Assembly (NCBI GenBank): GCA_963815115.1
Contig: CAWFFN010000012.1
Coordinates: forward strand, 512,001-576,000
Origin: an uncultured delta proteobacterium
GTDB taxonomy: Bacteria; Desulfobacterota; Binatia; DP-6
DNA length: 64,000 nucleotides
Direction: 5' to 3'
Within the stretch, counting starts at the first letter, position 1, and each line of letters starts with the position of its first letter. Below are positions 9,801-19,220 of the stretch, in pieces. The notes under the pieces were generated by a model, which made no database searches, was not told the DNA's origin, and worked only from the letters and a program-made list of their open reading frames with translations. A program made the position numbers and the translations under genes.

Positions 9801-12800
9801 ATGGGCGTCCAGCTGGCCGACCAGGCGAATCGCGACCGTATCCGCTACGACCTGACGACCACTCTCGTGGTCGAGGCGGCAGCCGGAACCGGGAAGACCA
9901 CGGCGCTGGTGAACCGCATGGTCGAGGCGCTGGCGAGCGGGAGAGCGCGTCTCGACGAGATGGTCGCGGTCACGTTCACCGAGGCGGCGGCCGGAGAGCT
10001 GAAGCTCCGGCTGCGCGCCGCGATCGAGCACGACCGCCACGACGACAAGCGGTCGGTCGAGGAGCGCGGGCGGCTGAGCAGCGCGCTGCCCCAGCTCGAG
10101 GTCGCCCGGATCGGCACCATCCACGCGTTCTGTGCCGAGCTGCTCCGCGAGCGGCCGGTGGAGGCGCGGGTCGACCCCCAGTTCCAGGTCGCGCCCGAGG
10201 ACGTCGCGCGGCGCCTGTTCGCGCGCGTCTTCGATCGCTGGTTCGAGCGCCAGCTCGCAGACCCCGGGCCTGGCGTGCGACGAGCACTGCGCCAGCAGGT
10301 GCGCGGGCGGCGATCGGAAGACGGGCCCCGGGCGCGCCTTCGCCGCGCCGGCTGGGAGCTGGTGCAATGGCGCGATTTCCCGGCGCGATGGCGCCGGGAC
10401 CCGTTCGACCGCGACGCGGCCATCGACGCGCTGATGGAGACGCTCGCGGGGATCGGTCCGGCGCCGGCGATGGCCGACTACATCGACTACAGCGACCGCT
10501 CCGTACACGACATCGATCGTTTTCTCGCCGACGTCGCTCGCCGCGAGCAGCTCGCGGGCCGGGATCACGACGGCCTCGAGGCGGAGCTCCGCGACCTGGC
10601 CCGGGAACGGCACTGGCGATGGACGGGCTCCAGGTACGACCGCGATCCCGACCGTGCGGCACGGCGTGCGCGCCGCGCAGCCGCCAAGCAGCAGCTCGAC
10701 GACTTCGTGCGGCGCTCGGGGGCCGACCTGGCTCCTCTCCTGCGCGACGATCTGTGGCCGCTGGTGGACGACTACGAGCGTCTGAAGGCCCGGGCCGGCT
10801 GCCTCGATTTCGTCGATCTGCTGTTGCGCGCACGTGACCTGGTGCGCGACGACGCGGGCGTGCGCCAGGGCCTGCAGGCGCGCTGGACGCACATCTTCAT
10901 CGACGAGTTCCAGGACACCGATCCGCTGCAGGCGGAGCTGCTCCTGCTTCTCGCGGCCGCCGATCCCGCCGAGCGCGACTGGCGGTGCGTGCGTCCCGTG
11001 TCCGGGAAGCTCTTCCTGGTGGGCGACCCCAAGCAGTCGATCTATCGGTTCCGGCGCGCCGACGTCGCGCTGTACGAGGGCGTGAAGCGCCAGCTGGCCG
11101 GCGGCGGCGCCGCGGTCGTGCATCTGACGGCGAGCTTCCGCTCGGTGCCGGCCATCCAGGAGGCGGTGAACGCCGCGTTCGCTCCCGCCATGGCGGCCAG
11201 CACGTCGGGCACGCAGGCGGCCTACGTGCCCCTCGCGCCGTTCCGGGAGGCGCTGCCCGACCAGCCCGCGGTGATCGCGCTGCCCGTGCCGCAGCCCTTC
11301 GCGCCCTATGGCCGGATCACCGACTACCAGATCGAGCGCTCGCTGCCTGACGCCGTCGCCGGCTTCGTGGAGTGGCTGGTCACCAGCAGTGGATGGCGGG
11401 TGACCGAGTACGGCCGCGCGGACACGCGGGTCGCGCTCGAGAGCCGCCACGTGTGTCTGCTCTTCCGCCGGATGCGGTCGTGGAACCAGGACGTCACCAG
11501 GCGGTACGTGCGTGCCCTCGAGGCCCGCAATTTGCGGCACGTGCTGATCGGCGGCAGCTCGTTCCACGCTCGCGAGGAGGTGGAGGCCCTGCGCAACGCG
11601 CTCCTCGCCATCGAGCGGCCCGAGGACGAGCTGTCGCTGTTCGCGACGCTGCGCGGCCCGTTCCTCGCCTTCGACGACGGAACGCTGCTGGCCTGGCGCG
11701 AGCGCTATCGCTCCCTGCATCCGTTTCGTGCCCTTCCCGAGGAGCCTCCGCCACAGCTTGCGCCGGTCGCCGATGCGCTCGCCGTGCTCCGCGACCTGCA
11801 CCGAAACCGCAATCACCGGCCCTTCGCGGACACCATCGCGCGATTCCTCGCCACGGCGCGCGCGCACGCGGGCCTCGCCATCTGGCCGACGGGCGAGCAG
11901 GCACTCGCCAACGTCGGTCGCCTGCTCGATCTCGCGCGCCGCGCCGAGCGTCAGGGCATCACGTCGTTCCGGGGGTTCGTCGAGCAGCTCGAGGCGGATG
12001 CCGACCGCGCCGAGGAGGGTGAAGCGCCGATCCTCGAGGACGGCACCGACGGCGTACGCATCATGACCGTCCATCGCGCGAAGGGGCTCGAGTTCCCGGT
12101 GGTGATCCTGGCCGATCCCACCGCCAACATCGCGCGCGCCGAGGCCGACCGTCACGTCGATCCCGACCGCCGGCTGTGCGCGCAGCGGCTGGTCGGCTCG
12201 GCGCCGCCGGAGCTGCTCGAGCACGAAGCGGAGCAGGTGGCCCGTGACGAGGAGGAGGGCGTGCGCACGCTCTACGTCGCGGCGACCCGGGCGCGTGACC
12301 TGCTGGTCGTGCCGGTGATGGCCGATGGACCCATCGAGGGCTGGGTCGCACCGCTCGCGCGCGCCGTCACTCCGCCGCGCGAGCGCGCACGCGCGCCCGT
12401 GTCGATCCGGCCGCCAGGTTGTCCCGAGCTGCGCGGCGAATGCGTCGCCGGGGTTCCGGCGGGCGCACGCCGCGACCCCAATCCGGTGCGCCCGGGCCTC
12501 CATCGCCCCGAGCTGGGCGCGCACGAGGTCGTCTGGTGGAGCCCGGACGAGCTGCGCCTGCAGGTCGACGAGGACGTCGGCCTGCGGCAGCTGAAGCTCC
12601 TCGCCGCCGACGAGCGCGGCGAGCGCTCGGAAACGGGCGTCCGGGCCCATGCCGCATGGCAGGAGGAGCGGGAGCGGGTGCGGGTGATCGCCGCGGAGCC
12701 GATGGTGCGCGTCGCCACGGCGACCGAGCACGCCGCGGCCTCGACCGGCGATGTCGACGTGCCGATCGAGGATGCGATGCTGCCCGGCATGCGCCCGCAC

Positions 12801-13229
12801 GGGCGCCGCTTCGGCATCCTGGTGCACGGCGTGCTGGCCGAGGTCGATCTGGGCGCCGATCGAGGCGCCGTGGGGGCGGTCACGGCGCTCGTGGGACGGC
12901 TGCTCGGGGCGACATCGGACGAGGTCGTGGCCGCCACCGACGCGGTGGTGCACGCGCTCGCCCATCCCCTGCTCCGGCGCGCCGCCGCCGCGACGTCATG
13001 CCGGCGCGAGGCGGCCGTGCTCTTGAGGCTCGCCGACGGCACGCTCGTCGAGGGAGTCGCGGACGCCGCCTTCCTCGAGGCCGACGGCTCCTGGACGGTG
13101 ATCGACTTCAAGACGGATCGTGAGCTCGGAGCGCGCCTGGCCGACTACCGGCGTCAGGTTGCGCTCTATGCCGAGGCCGTCGCGCGTGCGACCGGCCTGC
13201 CGGCCCGTGCGGTGCTCCTGCGCGTCTGA
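9801..13229 (+). CDS. addA: AddA/UvrD-like helicase-nuclease subunit
   Basis: VEAAAGTGKTT, VTFTEAAAGEL, IDEFQDT, VGDPKQSIYRFR, MTVHRAKGLEF, LYVAATRARD, C-terminal VIDFKTD...QVALY. Confidence 0.9.
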   Translation: MGVQLADQANRDRIRYDLTTTLVVEAAAGTGKTTALVNRMVEALASGRARLDEMVAVTFTEAAAGELKLRLRAAIEHDRHDDKRSVEERGRLSSALPQLEVARIGTIHAFCAELLRERPVEARVDPQFQVAPEDVARRLFARVFDRWFERQLADPGPGVRRALRQQVRGRRSEDGPRARLRRAGWELVQWRDFPARWRRDPFDRDAAIDALMETLAGIGPAPAMADYIDYSDRSVHDIDRFLADVARREQLAGRDHDGLEAELRDLARERHWRWTGSRYDRDPDRAARRARRAAAKQQLDDFVRRSGADLAPLLRDDLWPLVDDYERLKARAGCLDFVDLLLRARDLVRDDAGVRQGLQARWTHIFIDEFQDTDPLQAELLLLLAAADPAERDWRCVRPVSGKLFLVGDPKQSIYRFRRADVALYEGVKRQLAGGGAAVVHLTASFRSVPAIQEAVNAAFAPAMAASTSGTQAAYVPLAPFREALPDQPAVIALPVPQPFAPYGRITDYQIERSLPDAVAGFVEWLVTSSGWRVTEYGRADTRVALESRHVCLLFRRMRSWNQDVTRRYVRALEARNLRHVLIGGSSFHAREEVEALRNALLAIERPEDELSLFATLRGPFLAFDDGTLLAWRERYRSLHPFRALPEEPPPQLAPVADALAVLRDLHRNRNHRPFADTIARFLATARAHAGLAIWPTGEQALANVGRLLDLARRAERQGITSFRGFVEQLEADADRAEEGEAPILEDGTDGVRIMTVHRAKGLEFPVVILADPTANIARAEADRHVDPDRRLCAQRLVGSAPPELLEHEAEQVARDEEEGVRTLYVAATRARDLLVVPVMADGPIEGWVAPLARAVTPPRERARAPVSIRPPGCPELRGECVAGVPAGARRDPNPVRPGLHRPELGAHEVVWWSPDELRLQVDEDVGLRQLKLLAADERGERSETGVRAHAAWQEERERVRVIAAEPMVRVATATEHAAASTGDVDVPIEDAMLPGMRPHGRRFGILVHGVLAEVDLGADRGAVGAVTALVGRLLGATSDEVVAATDAVVHALAHPLLRRAAAATSCRREAAVLLRLADGTLVEGVADAAFLEADGSWTVIDFKTDRELGARLADYRRQVALYAEAVARATGLPARAVLLRV

Positions 13230-13292
13230 GCGCTCGGTTCCTTGACCCAGCCGCGAGCGCCTGGCAGCAGGACCGACGAGGGAGGACTCGTC

Positions 13293-13895
13293 ATGCTGAA
13301 GCTGTACGGAGTGCCCGGCTCGCGCGCGATGCGCTCGCTCTGGATGCTGGAGGAGCTCGGAGTCCCCTACGAGAACGTGAAGGTGGACTTCATCACCGGC
13401 ACGAAAACGCCGGAGTTCAAGAAGATCAACCCGAACGCACACATCCCCGCGCTGCAGGACGGCGACCTGGTGCTGTGGGAGTCACTCGCCATCAACCTCT
13501 ACCTCGCCCGCAAGCACGACAAGGGCCTGTGGCCGAAGACCGTCGAGGACGAGGGACGTGCATACCAGTGGAGCATCTGGGCGATGACCGAGCTCGAGGA
13601 GCCGGTGCTGACGGCGCTGCTCAACCGGGTCTTCTTTCCTGCCGAGCAGCGCGACGCGAAGAAGGCCGACGACGCGGCCGCACGTTTCACCAAGCCGCTG
13701 GGTGTCCTCGACGCCGCGCTGCACGGTCGGGACTACCTTCTCGGCTCGCAGTTCACGGTGGCGGACCTGAATGTCGCGAGCGTCATGGGGTGGGCACCGA
13801 TGGCCAAGCTCGACCTCTCTGCCGCGTCCAACGCGGCAGCGTGGCTCGCACGGTGCAGCAGCCGTCCGGCCCTCGCCCGAGCGCAGGGTCGCTGA
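13293..13895 (+). CDS. Glutathione S-transferase family protein
   Basis: SRAMRSLWMLEELG, INPNAHIPALQDGDLVLWESLAI, FTVADL; GGAGG RBS before ATG 13293. Confidence 0.93.
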   Translation: MLKLYGVPGSRAMRSLWMLEELGVPYENVKVDFITGTKTPEFKKINPNAHIPALQDGDLVLWESLAINLYLARKHDKGLWPKTVEDEGRAYQWSIWAMTELEEPVLTALLNRVFFPAEQRDAKKADDAAARFTKPLGVLDAALHGRDYLLGSQFTVADLNVASVMGWAPMAKLDLSAASNAAAWLARCSSRPALARAQGR

Positions 13896-13970
13896 CCGGT
13901 AGGCCTGGGTCCGGGGGGCGACTTGCCAGGAAGCCCCTCCTCGGCGAAGCTCGCCGGAGCGGAGGGTCCG

Positions 13971-14255
13971 ATGGCGAAGGCAATCTGGAACGGTGCCGTG
14001 CTCGCGGAGAGCCCGCGCACCGAGGTGGTCGAGGGCAACCACTACTTTCCTCCGGACGCGGTGCGACGGGAGCATCTGCGCGACAGCGCGACGCACACGA
14101 CGTGTCCCTGGAAGGGAGTGGCCAGCTACTACGACGTGGTGGTCGACGGGCAGACGAATCGGGACGCGGCCTGGTACTATCCGGCCCCGAAGGAAGCGGC
14201 GAGCCAGATCAAGGACCACGTCGCGTTCTGGCACGGCGTACGCGTCGAGCCGTAA
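13971..14255 (+). CDS. DUF427 family protein
   Basis: KAIWNGAVLAES...VEGNHYFP...TTCPWKGVASYY...AAWYYP. Confidence 0.92.
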   Translation: MAKAIWNGAVLAESPRTEVVEGNHYFPPDAVRREHLRDSATHTTCPWKGVASYYDVVVDGQTNRDAAWYYPAPKEAASQIKDHVAFWHGVRVEP

Positions 14256-14273
14256 CGGAGGGAGACACCGGCC

Positions 14274-14783
14274 ATGGGCTTGCTGGACAGCTTGTTCGGA
14301 GGCGGGACGGGCGGCGTGGGCGTGGGCGATCAGGCGCCCGACTTCTCGCTGCCCGATCGTACGGGGAAGACGGTGCGGCTGAGCGAGTTCCACGGCCGCA
14401 AGGCGGTCGTTCTCTACTTCTATCCCAAGGACGACACGCCGGGCTGCACGAAAGAATCATGCGCGTTTCGCGACAGTTACGAGGCTTTCCAGGAAGCAGG
14501 GGCGGAGGTCATCGGTGTCAGCTCGGACACCGCCGAGTCGCACGGGCGCTTCGCGGCCAAGCATCGCCTGCCTTTCACCCTGCTGTCGGATCGGGGTGGG
14601 GAAGTCCGCCGGCGCTATGGCGTTCCGGCGACGCTCGGGTTGCTGGCCGGCCGGGTGACTTACGTCATCGACCGCGAGGGGACGGTACGCCACGTCTTCA
14701 ACTCGCAGTTCCAGCCCTCCCAGCACATCGCCGAGGCGCTGGAGGCGTTGCGCCGCCTCGAACGCCCCGCCGCCGCGCAGTAG
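14274..14783 (+). CDS. bcp: Peroxiredoxin, BCP/PrxQ family
   Basis: [22 protein letters not shown]. Confidence 0.92.
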   Translation: MGLLDSLFGGGTGGVGVGDQAPDFSLPDRTGKTVRLSEFHGRKAVVLYFYPKDDTPGCTKESCAFRDSYEAFQEAGAEVIGVSSDTAESHGRFAAKHRLPFTLLSDRGGEVRRRYGVPATLGLLAGRVTYVIDREGTVRHVFNSQFQPSQHIAEALEALRRLERPAAAQ

Positions 14784-14811
14784 CCTCGAGGCCCGACGGC
14801 GCGACCGCCGG

Positions 14812-15216
14812 TCAGCCCACCGCCGCGCGGCGCGGGAGCTCGAGAGGCTCGTCGAGAGAGGCGACCTGCGGTCGCGGAAGCCGAGGGATGCGCTCGTTCC
14901 GACGATCGCGCAGGGTCTGCCTGACGGCAGTGGGCTCCAGGCCGAGCATCTCGCAGATTCGCAGGAACGAGAACGTCCAGCTCCGGTCGTTGCTGCGCAG
15001 CCAGCGTTCCGTCTCTCGCAGGATCTGCCGAGCCTTTGATGCCTGCGGTGGAGGTTTCGAATAGATGGCCACGGCATCTTCGAGGATCGCGGCCATCAGG
15101 CGCTGCTCCCCACCCCAGTCCCTCTCCCGACGCGAGAAGAACTGGACTGGCAGGACCGTGTGTGGTTCGAGCCGGTGGCCGAAGCGGTCCTCCGTCTGGC
15201 CTGAGAGTCCCTGCAT
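14812..15216 (-). CDS. Conserved hypothetical protein (LPVQF / RLMAAILEDA / FSFLRICEMLGL type)
   Basis: 134-aa ORF with GGGAGG RBS; the motif pattern recalls an uncharacterised family from related genomes. Confidence 0.7.
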   Translation of the reverse strand: MQGLSGQTEDRFGHRLEPHTVLPVQFFSRRERDWGGEQRLMAAILEDAVAIYSKPPPQASKARQILRETERWLRSNDRSWTFSFLRICEMLGLEPTAVRQTLRDRRNERIPRLPRPQVASLDEPLELPRRAAVG

Positions 15217-15420
15217 ACGTACCTCCCCTGCGCGTGCCTGCAGCCCCCATGCCAGCCGGTGACTGACCAGAAGCGACATCCGGCGAGGACTTTTCCGACC
15301 GGTTCCCGGACCGTTCGGCACCCGATTCTACAACCGGGAGCTCCCTCGCTCATCCCACTCCCTATCTGACAATCAAGGCTCCCCGGAACCTCGCGCAGCC
15401 GGGAGCGTCGGCGCGCACCG

Positions 15421-15597
15421 TCAGGGAAGCGATCGCGGACCGCCCAGCCCCCGGCTGAGAAGCCCGATGGCAAGGACGACGACGCCCAGCACCGCCAGGA
15501 TCCAGCCGATGTGTGCCGACATCCCGGCGACGCCGCCGAACCCGAGGAGTGCGGCGACGAGCGCGATGATGAAGAATGTGATGGCCCAGCTCAGCAT
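15421..15597 (-). CDS. DUF1328 (UPF0391) small membrane protein
   Basis: Below the ORF-track cutoff. Read by hand: MLSWAITFFIIALVAALLGFGGVAGMSAHIGWILAVLGVVVLAIGLLSRGLGGPRSLP (58 aa), GGAG RBS. Confidence 0.9.
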   Translation of the reverse strand: MLSWAITFFIIALVAALLGFGGVAGMSAHIGWILAVLGVVVLAIGLLSRGLGGPRSLP

Positions 15598-15685
15598 GTT
15601 CGTTTTCTCCCCGGTTGGTGGATTGCGACCTTTGGGCAGGATCGAGCAACGCGCGTGCCACGGACGCGACGTGTGGCCGCGCGCG

Positions 15686-17953
15686 CTAGACGGCGGGAGA
15701 CAGGCCGAGGAGCGTACCCAGGCGGGCGATCAGCAACCCAGGCTCGAAGGGCTTCGCGATGAAGTCGTCGAACCCGAGATGCATGCAACGATCGCGGCTC
15801 TCGGGATCCGCGAAGCCAGTCATTGCCACCGCGGTCAGACGGCTGCCAGGCCGCGCCCGCACGATGCTGATGAGTTCGTAGCCGTCCGCGTGCGGCATGC
15901 CGATGTCGCTGACGAGCACCTGAGGACGCACCGAGTCGAGCAGCGGGAGGGCATCTGCCACCGAGCCCGCGGTGGTCACCCGCGCGCCGGCCTGCCCCAG
16001 CCGGAGCGCGACCGCCTCTCGCCAGTCGGCGTCGTCCTCCACCAGGAGGACCGAGACACCACGCAGATCGACCGCCGGCTCGTGGCCGGATGGTGGCGCA
16101 GTGCGCGGAACCTCCAGGCCGTCCCCTAGCGGGATGCGAATCGTGAAGGTTGCGCCCCTGCCGGGCCCTTTGCTGTCGGCCGCGACCGAACCCCGGTGGG
16201 CCTCGACGAGATGCCGCACGATGGCGAGGCCGAGCCCGAGGCCTCCGTGCTGGCGCGTCCGTGGATTCCGGGACTGCTGGAAGCGATCGAAGATCGCCGT
16301 CCGTAGCTCCGGGGGGAAGCCCTCCCCCGTGTCGGCCACCGTCAGCCGGGCCTCGCCATCCGTTGGCTCGAGCAGCACCCTGACGTGGCCGCCGGACGGC
16401 GTGAACTTGATCGCGTTGTCGACCAGGTTGCGAACCACCTGCTCGAGGCGGGCCTCGTCGCCGAGCACGACCAGGGGCCGGCCGGAGAGCTGGACGTCGA
16501 GGGTGACGCCCTTGGCGTCGGCGGCGGGCCGCAGCGCCTCGAGCGTTTCGCGAAGCTCGGCGGCGAGATCGACCGGAGCGACCTCGAGAGCGAGCTTCCC
16601 GGAGACGATGCGCGAGACGTCGAGGAGGTCGTTGATGAGCTGGGTCTGTGTACGGACGCTGCGCTCGAGGACGCCGATCGCCCGTGCGCGTGTCGGTGCG
16701 TCGTCGCCCCGGCGCTGCAGGATACCGACCCACGCGAGCATCGCCGAGAGCGGCGAGCGCAGCTCGTGCGACAGGGTGGCGAGGAAAGCGTCCTTGGCCT
16801 CGTTGGCCCGCGCCGCCTCGGCGCGCGCCTCCTCGAGCCCTTTCGACGTGCGCTCGGCCGCGAGGCGTGCGGCGTCGGCCCACGCGACCCGCCGTCTGTT
16901 CGCCTCGATCGCCTCGCGCTCGGTCACGTCGCGGAACACCAGCACGACCCCCATCAGCTCGCCGCCCGCGTCCCGGATCGGTGCGCCGCTGTCGTCGATC
17001 GGGACCTCGCGACCGTCCCGGGCGAGCAGCACCGTGTGGTTGGCCAGGCCGACCACGACGCCCTCGCGCAGCACGCGCGCGGCCGGGCTCTCGACCGTAC
17101 GTCGGGTCTCCGCGTTGACGATCCGGAAGACCTCCGGAAGCTCCCGTCCCTGCGCATCCTGCCCGCGCCAGCCGGTCAGCGCCTCGGCGATCGGATTCAT
17201 GAACACGATCAGTCCCCGCGGATCGGTGGCGATGACGGCATCGCCGATGCTCCGCAGCGTCACGCGGAGGCGCTGCTCGCTGGTGCGGCGCCGGAACTCG
17301 GCCGCGCGCGCGCGGCGCAGCAGAACGGCGAGCACGGATGCGGCGACCGCCATCAGGAGCAGGGCGGTGAGGCTTTCGAGCAGGATCAGGCGGGTGGCTC
17401 GCGCCGCCAGGTCGTCGCGACGGTCGATCCGCTCGCGCAGCAGACCACGCTCCTCGCCGGCGGCCTCGTTGAGAGATTTGCGGATCTGGTCCATCACGTC
17501 CTTCCCCATGCCCCCCCGGATGGTGGCAAGAGCCCCGGCGGCATCGCCCGACTGGCGCTGCGTCACCACCAGCCGCATCTCCTCGAGCTTGGCGGCGAGG
17601 AGCGGAGCCAGGGCATCGAGACGCGCCTGCTGCGACGGGTTGTCGGCGGTCGATCGACGCAGGTCGTCGACGGCACGCGGCAGATCGGCGGTCCCCCGCT
17701 CGTAGGGCTGCAGGTAGGCCGAATCGCCGGTGAGGACATAGCCACGCTGTCCGCTCTCGGCCTCGGTGACTCGTTGCAGCACGGTGGCGATCTGCTCGAG
17801 AACCCGGACCGTGTGACGAGCCAGATCGCCAGCCTCGAACGTCCGACGCTGCTCCCGGAGAGACGCCAGCCCGATGGCGAGCAGCAACGCAACGGCTGCC
17901 CCGAGGGCGGCAGCGACTCTGGGATCGAGCCCCCAGCGGCTCTCGGATTTCAC
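15686..17953 (-). CDS. Hybrid sensor histidine kinase (CHASE3-PAS-HisKA-HATPase-REC)
   Basis: AESGQRGYVLTGD (CHASE3), SIGDAVIATD (PAS), FLATLSHELRSPL, NLVDNAIKFT, GLGLGL, VLLVEDD...SDIGMP...KP. Confidence 0.95.
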   Translation of the reverse strand: MKSESRWGLDPRVAAALGAAVALLLAIGLASLREQRRTFEAGDLARHTVRVLEQIATVLQRVTEAESGQRGYVLTGDSAYLQPYERGTADLPRAVDDLRRSTADNPSQQARLDALAPLLAAKLEEMRLVVTQRQSGDAAGALATIRGGMGKDVMDQIRKSLNEAAGEERGLLRERIDRRDDLAARATRLILLESLTALLLMAVAASVLAVLLRRARAAEFRRRTSEQRLRVTLRSIGDAVIATDPRGLIVFMNPIAEALTGWRGQDAQGRELPEVFRIVNAETRRTVESPAARVLREGVVVGLANHTVLLARDGREVPIDDSGAPIRDAGGELMGVVLVFRDVTEREAIEANRRRVAWADAARLAAERTSKGLEEARAEAARANEAKDAFLATLSHELRSPLSAMLAWVGILQRRGDDAPTRARAIGVLERSVRTQTQLINDLLDVSRIVSGKLALEVAPVDLAAELRETLEALRPAADAKGVTLDVQLSGRPLVVLGDEARLEQVVRNLVDNAIKFTPSGGHVRVLLEPTDGEARLTVADTGEGFPPELRTAIFDRFQQSRNPRTRQHGGLGLGLAIVRHLVEAHRGSVAADSKGPGRGATFTIRIPLGDGLEVPRTAPPSGHEPAVDLRGVSVLLVEDDADWREAVALRLGQAGARVTTAGSVADALPLLDSVRPQVLVSDIGMPHADGYELISIVRARPGSRLTAVAMTGFADPESRDRCMHLGFDDFIAKPFEPGLLIARLGTLLGLSPAV

Positions 17954-18182
17954 GGGCGCCTGTGCGGGAGGTGGATGGGAAGTGCGATGGCGGCGACCGT
18001 GCCTCGCTGCCGGACGGGTGTCAACCTCCGAAGCGCGGTTTTGCTACCAGCCCTGGCAGTGCCATATGCGAGACGCTACACTCGCTGGAAACAGGCCGTC
18101 GGGTGAGGCAGCAGGGGGTGGGGTGAGCGCAGGCCGCATGAAGCGCGGTGATCCGGGGTCGCGAGGCGTCGAGGACCGTCGC

Positions 18183-19142
18183 ATGATGCGTTGGCTGCGA
18201 ACCGGGATCGTGCTGCTCGCGGTCTGCTCGCTCTTTGCCTGCGCCGCCCGCCCCCGGCCGCGCCCGCGGGCGCGGGTCGCGGCGCCCTCACGGTCCCTTC
18301 CCCCGAGCGGCGCGTTCGAGCCTGGCGATCGTGGCTGGGAGTACCTGAAGGCGAGGCTCGTCGCGGACGGCGTGCCCCGCGACCGGGTCGAGCGCGCCTT
18401 CGGCGATCCACGCATGAGGCCGTTCGACGGCCTTCCCATCTCCCCCTCGCGCAGCGGCGAGTCCCACTTCATGTACCGCAACTTTCTTCGCGAGGAAGGA
18501 ACGCAGCTCGCGCGGGAGTGCCGCACCGAGCACGCGGTGGCCTTCGAGAGCGCCGAGCGCCGCTTCGGCGTCCCGGCCAGCGTGTGCGCCGCGATCATCT
18601 CGGTCGAGACCCACTGCGGACGCAACACGGGCCGCAGCGTGATCCTCTACCGGCTCGCGCGGCTCGCCATGGCCAACGAACCCCAGAACCTCGAGCGCAG
18701 CCTGCGGAGTTGTGACGGTGACCCGGGCGACGAGCAGCGGGTACGGGCGCGGGCGCGCTACCTCGAGGACACGTTCTACCCGGAGGTCCGGGCGACGTTC
18801 GAGATCGCGCGACGCATGGACATCGATCCGCTCTCCATCAAGGGCTCGGGCTCGGGTGCCTTCGGCTATCCGCAGTTCTTGCCCACCAGCTACCTGCGGC
18901 ACGGCGTCGACGGGAATGGTGACGGGCGCGTGAGCCTCTACGATCCGGCGGACGCCGCCGCTTCGTGTGCCAACTACCTGGTCGGTCACGGCTGGCATCG
19001 CGGGATCACCTTCCAGGAGCAGCGCTCGGTGATCTGGACCTACAACCACTCCGATGCCTACATCGACACGGTGCTGACGCTCGCTCGTCGCATCGAGGAA
19101 CCGGACGCCGCCTCGCTCGACTCACCCGATACCGCGCGCTGA
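18183..19142 (+). CDS. Lytic murein transglycosylase (MltB/SLT_2), probable lipoprotein
   Basis: LFAC lipobox, FGVPASVCAAIISVET, GSGSGAFGYPQFLPTSY, VDGNGDGRVSL, YNHSDAY. Confidence 0.9.
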   Translation: MMRWLRTGIVLLAVCSLFACAARPRPRPRARVAAPSRSLPPSGAFEPGDRGWEYLKARLVADGVPRDRVERAFGDPRMRPFDGLPISPSRSGESHFMYRNFLREEGTQLARECRTEHAVAFESAERRFGVPASVCAAIISVETHCGRNTGRSVILYRLARLAMANEPQNLERSLRSCDGDPGDEQRVRARARYLEDTFYPEVRATFEIARRMDIDPLSIKGSGSGAFGYPQFLPTSYLRHGVDGNGDGRVSLYDPADAAASCANYLVGHGWHRGITFQEQRSVIWTYNHSDAYIDTVLTLARRIEEPDAASLDSPDTAR

Positions 19143-19220
19143 TCGCCGGGGATCTCCCCGGCGAAGATTCGAAGGGCCCGCGCGTGCCGCCCGCAGCTCC
19201 CGGTGTGCTACGTAGAAGAG

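Noticed and set aside
9285-12965. 1226-aa antisense ORF and many similar long shadow ORFs
   Set aside because: Opposite-strand or alternate-frame artefacts of high-GC coding sequence, with no recognisable motifs.
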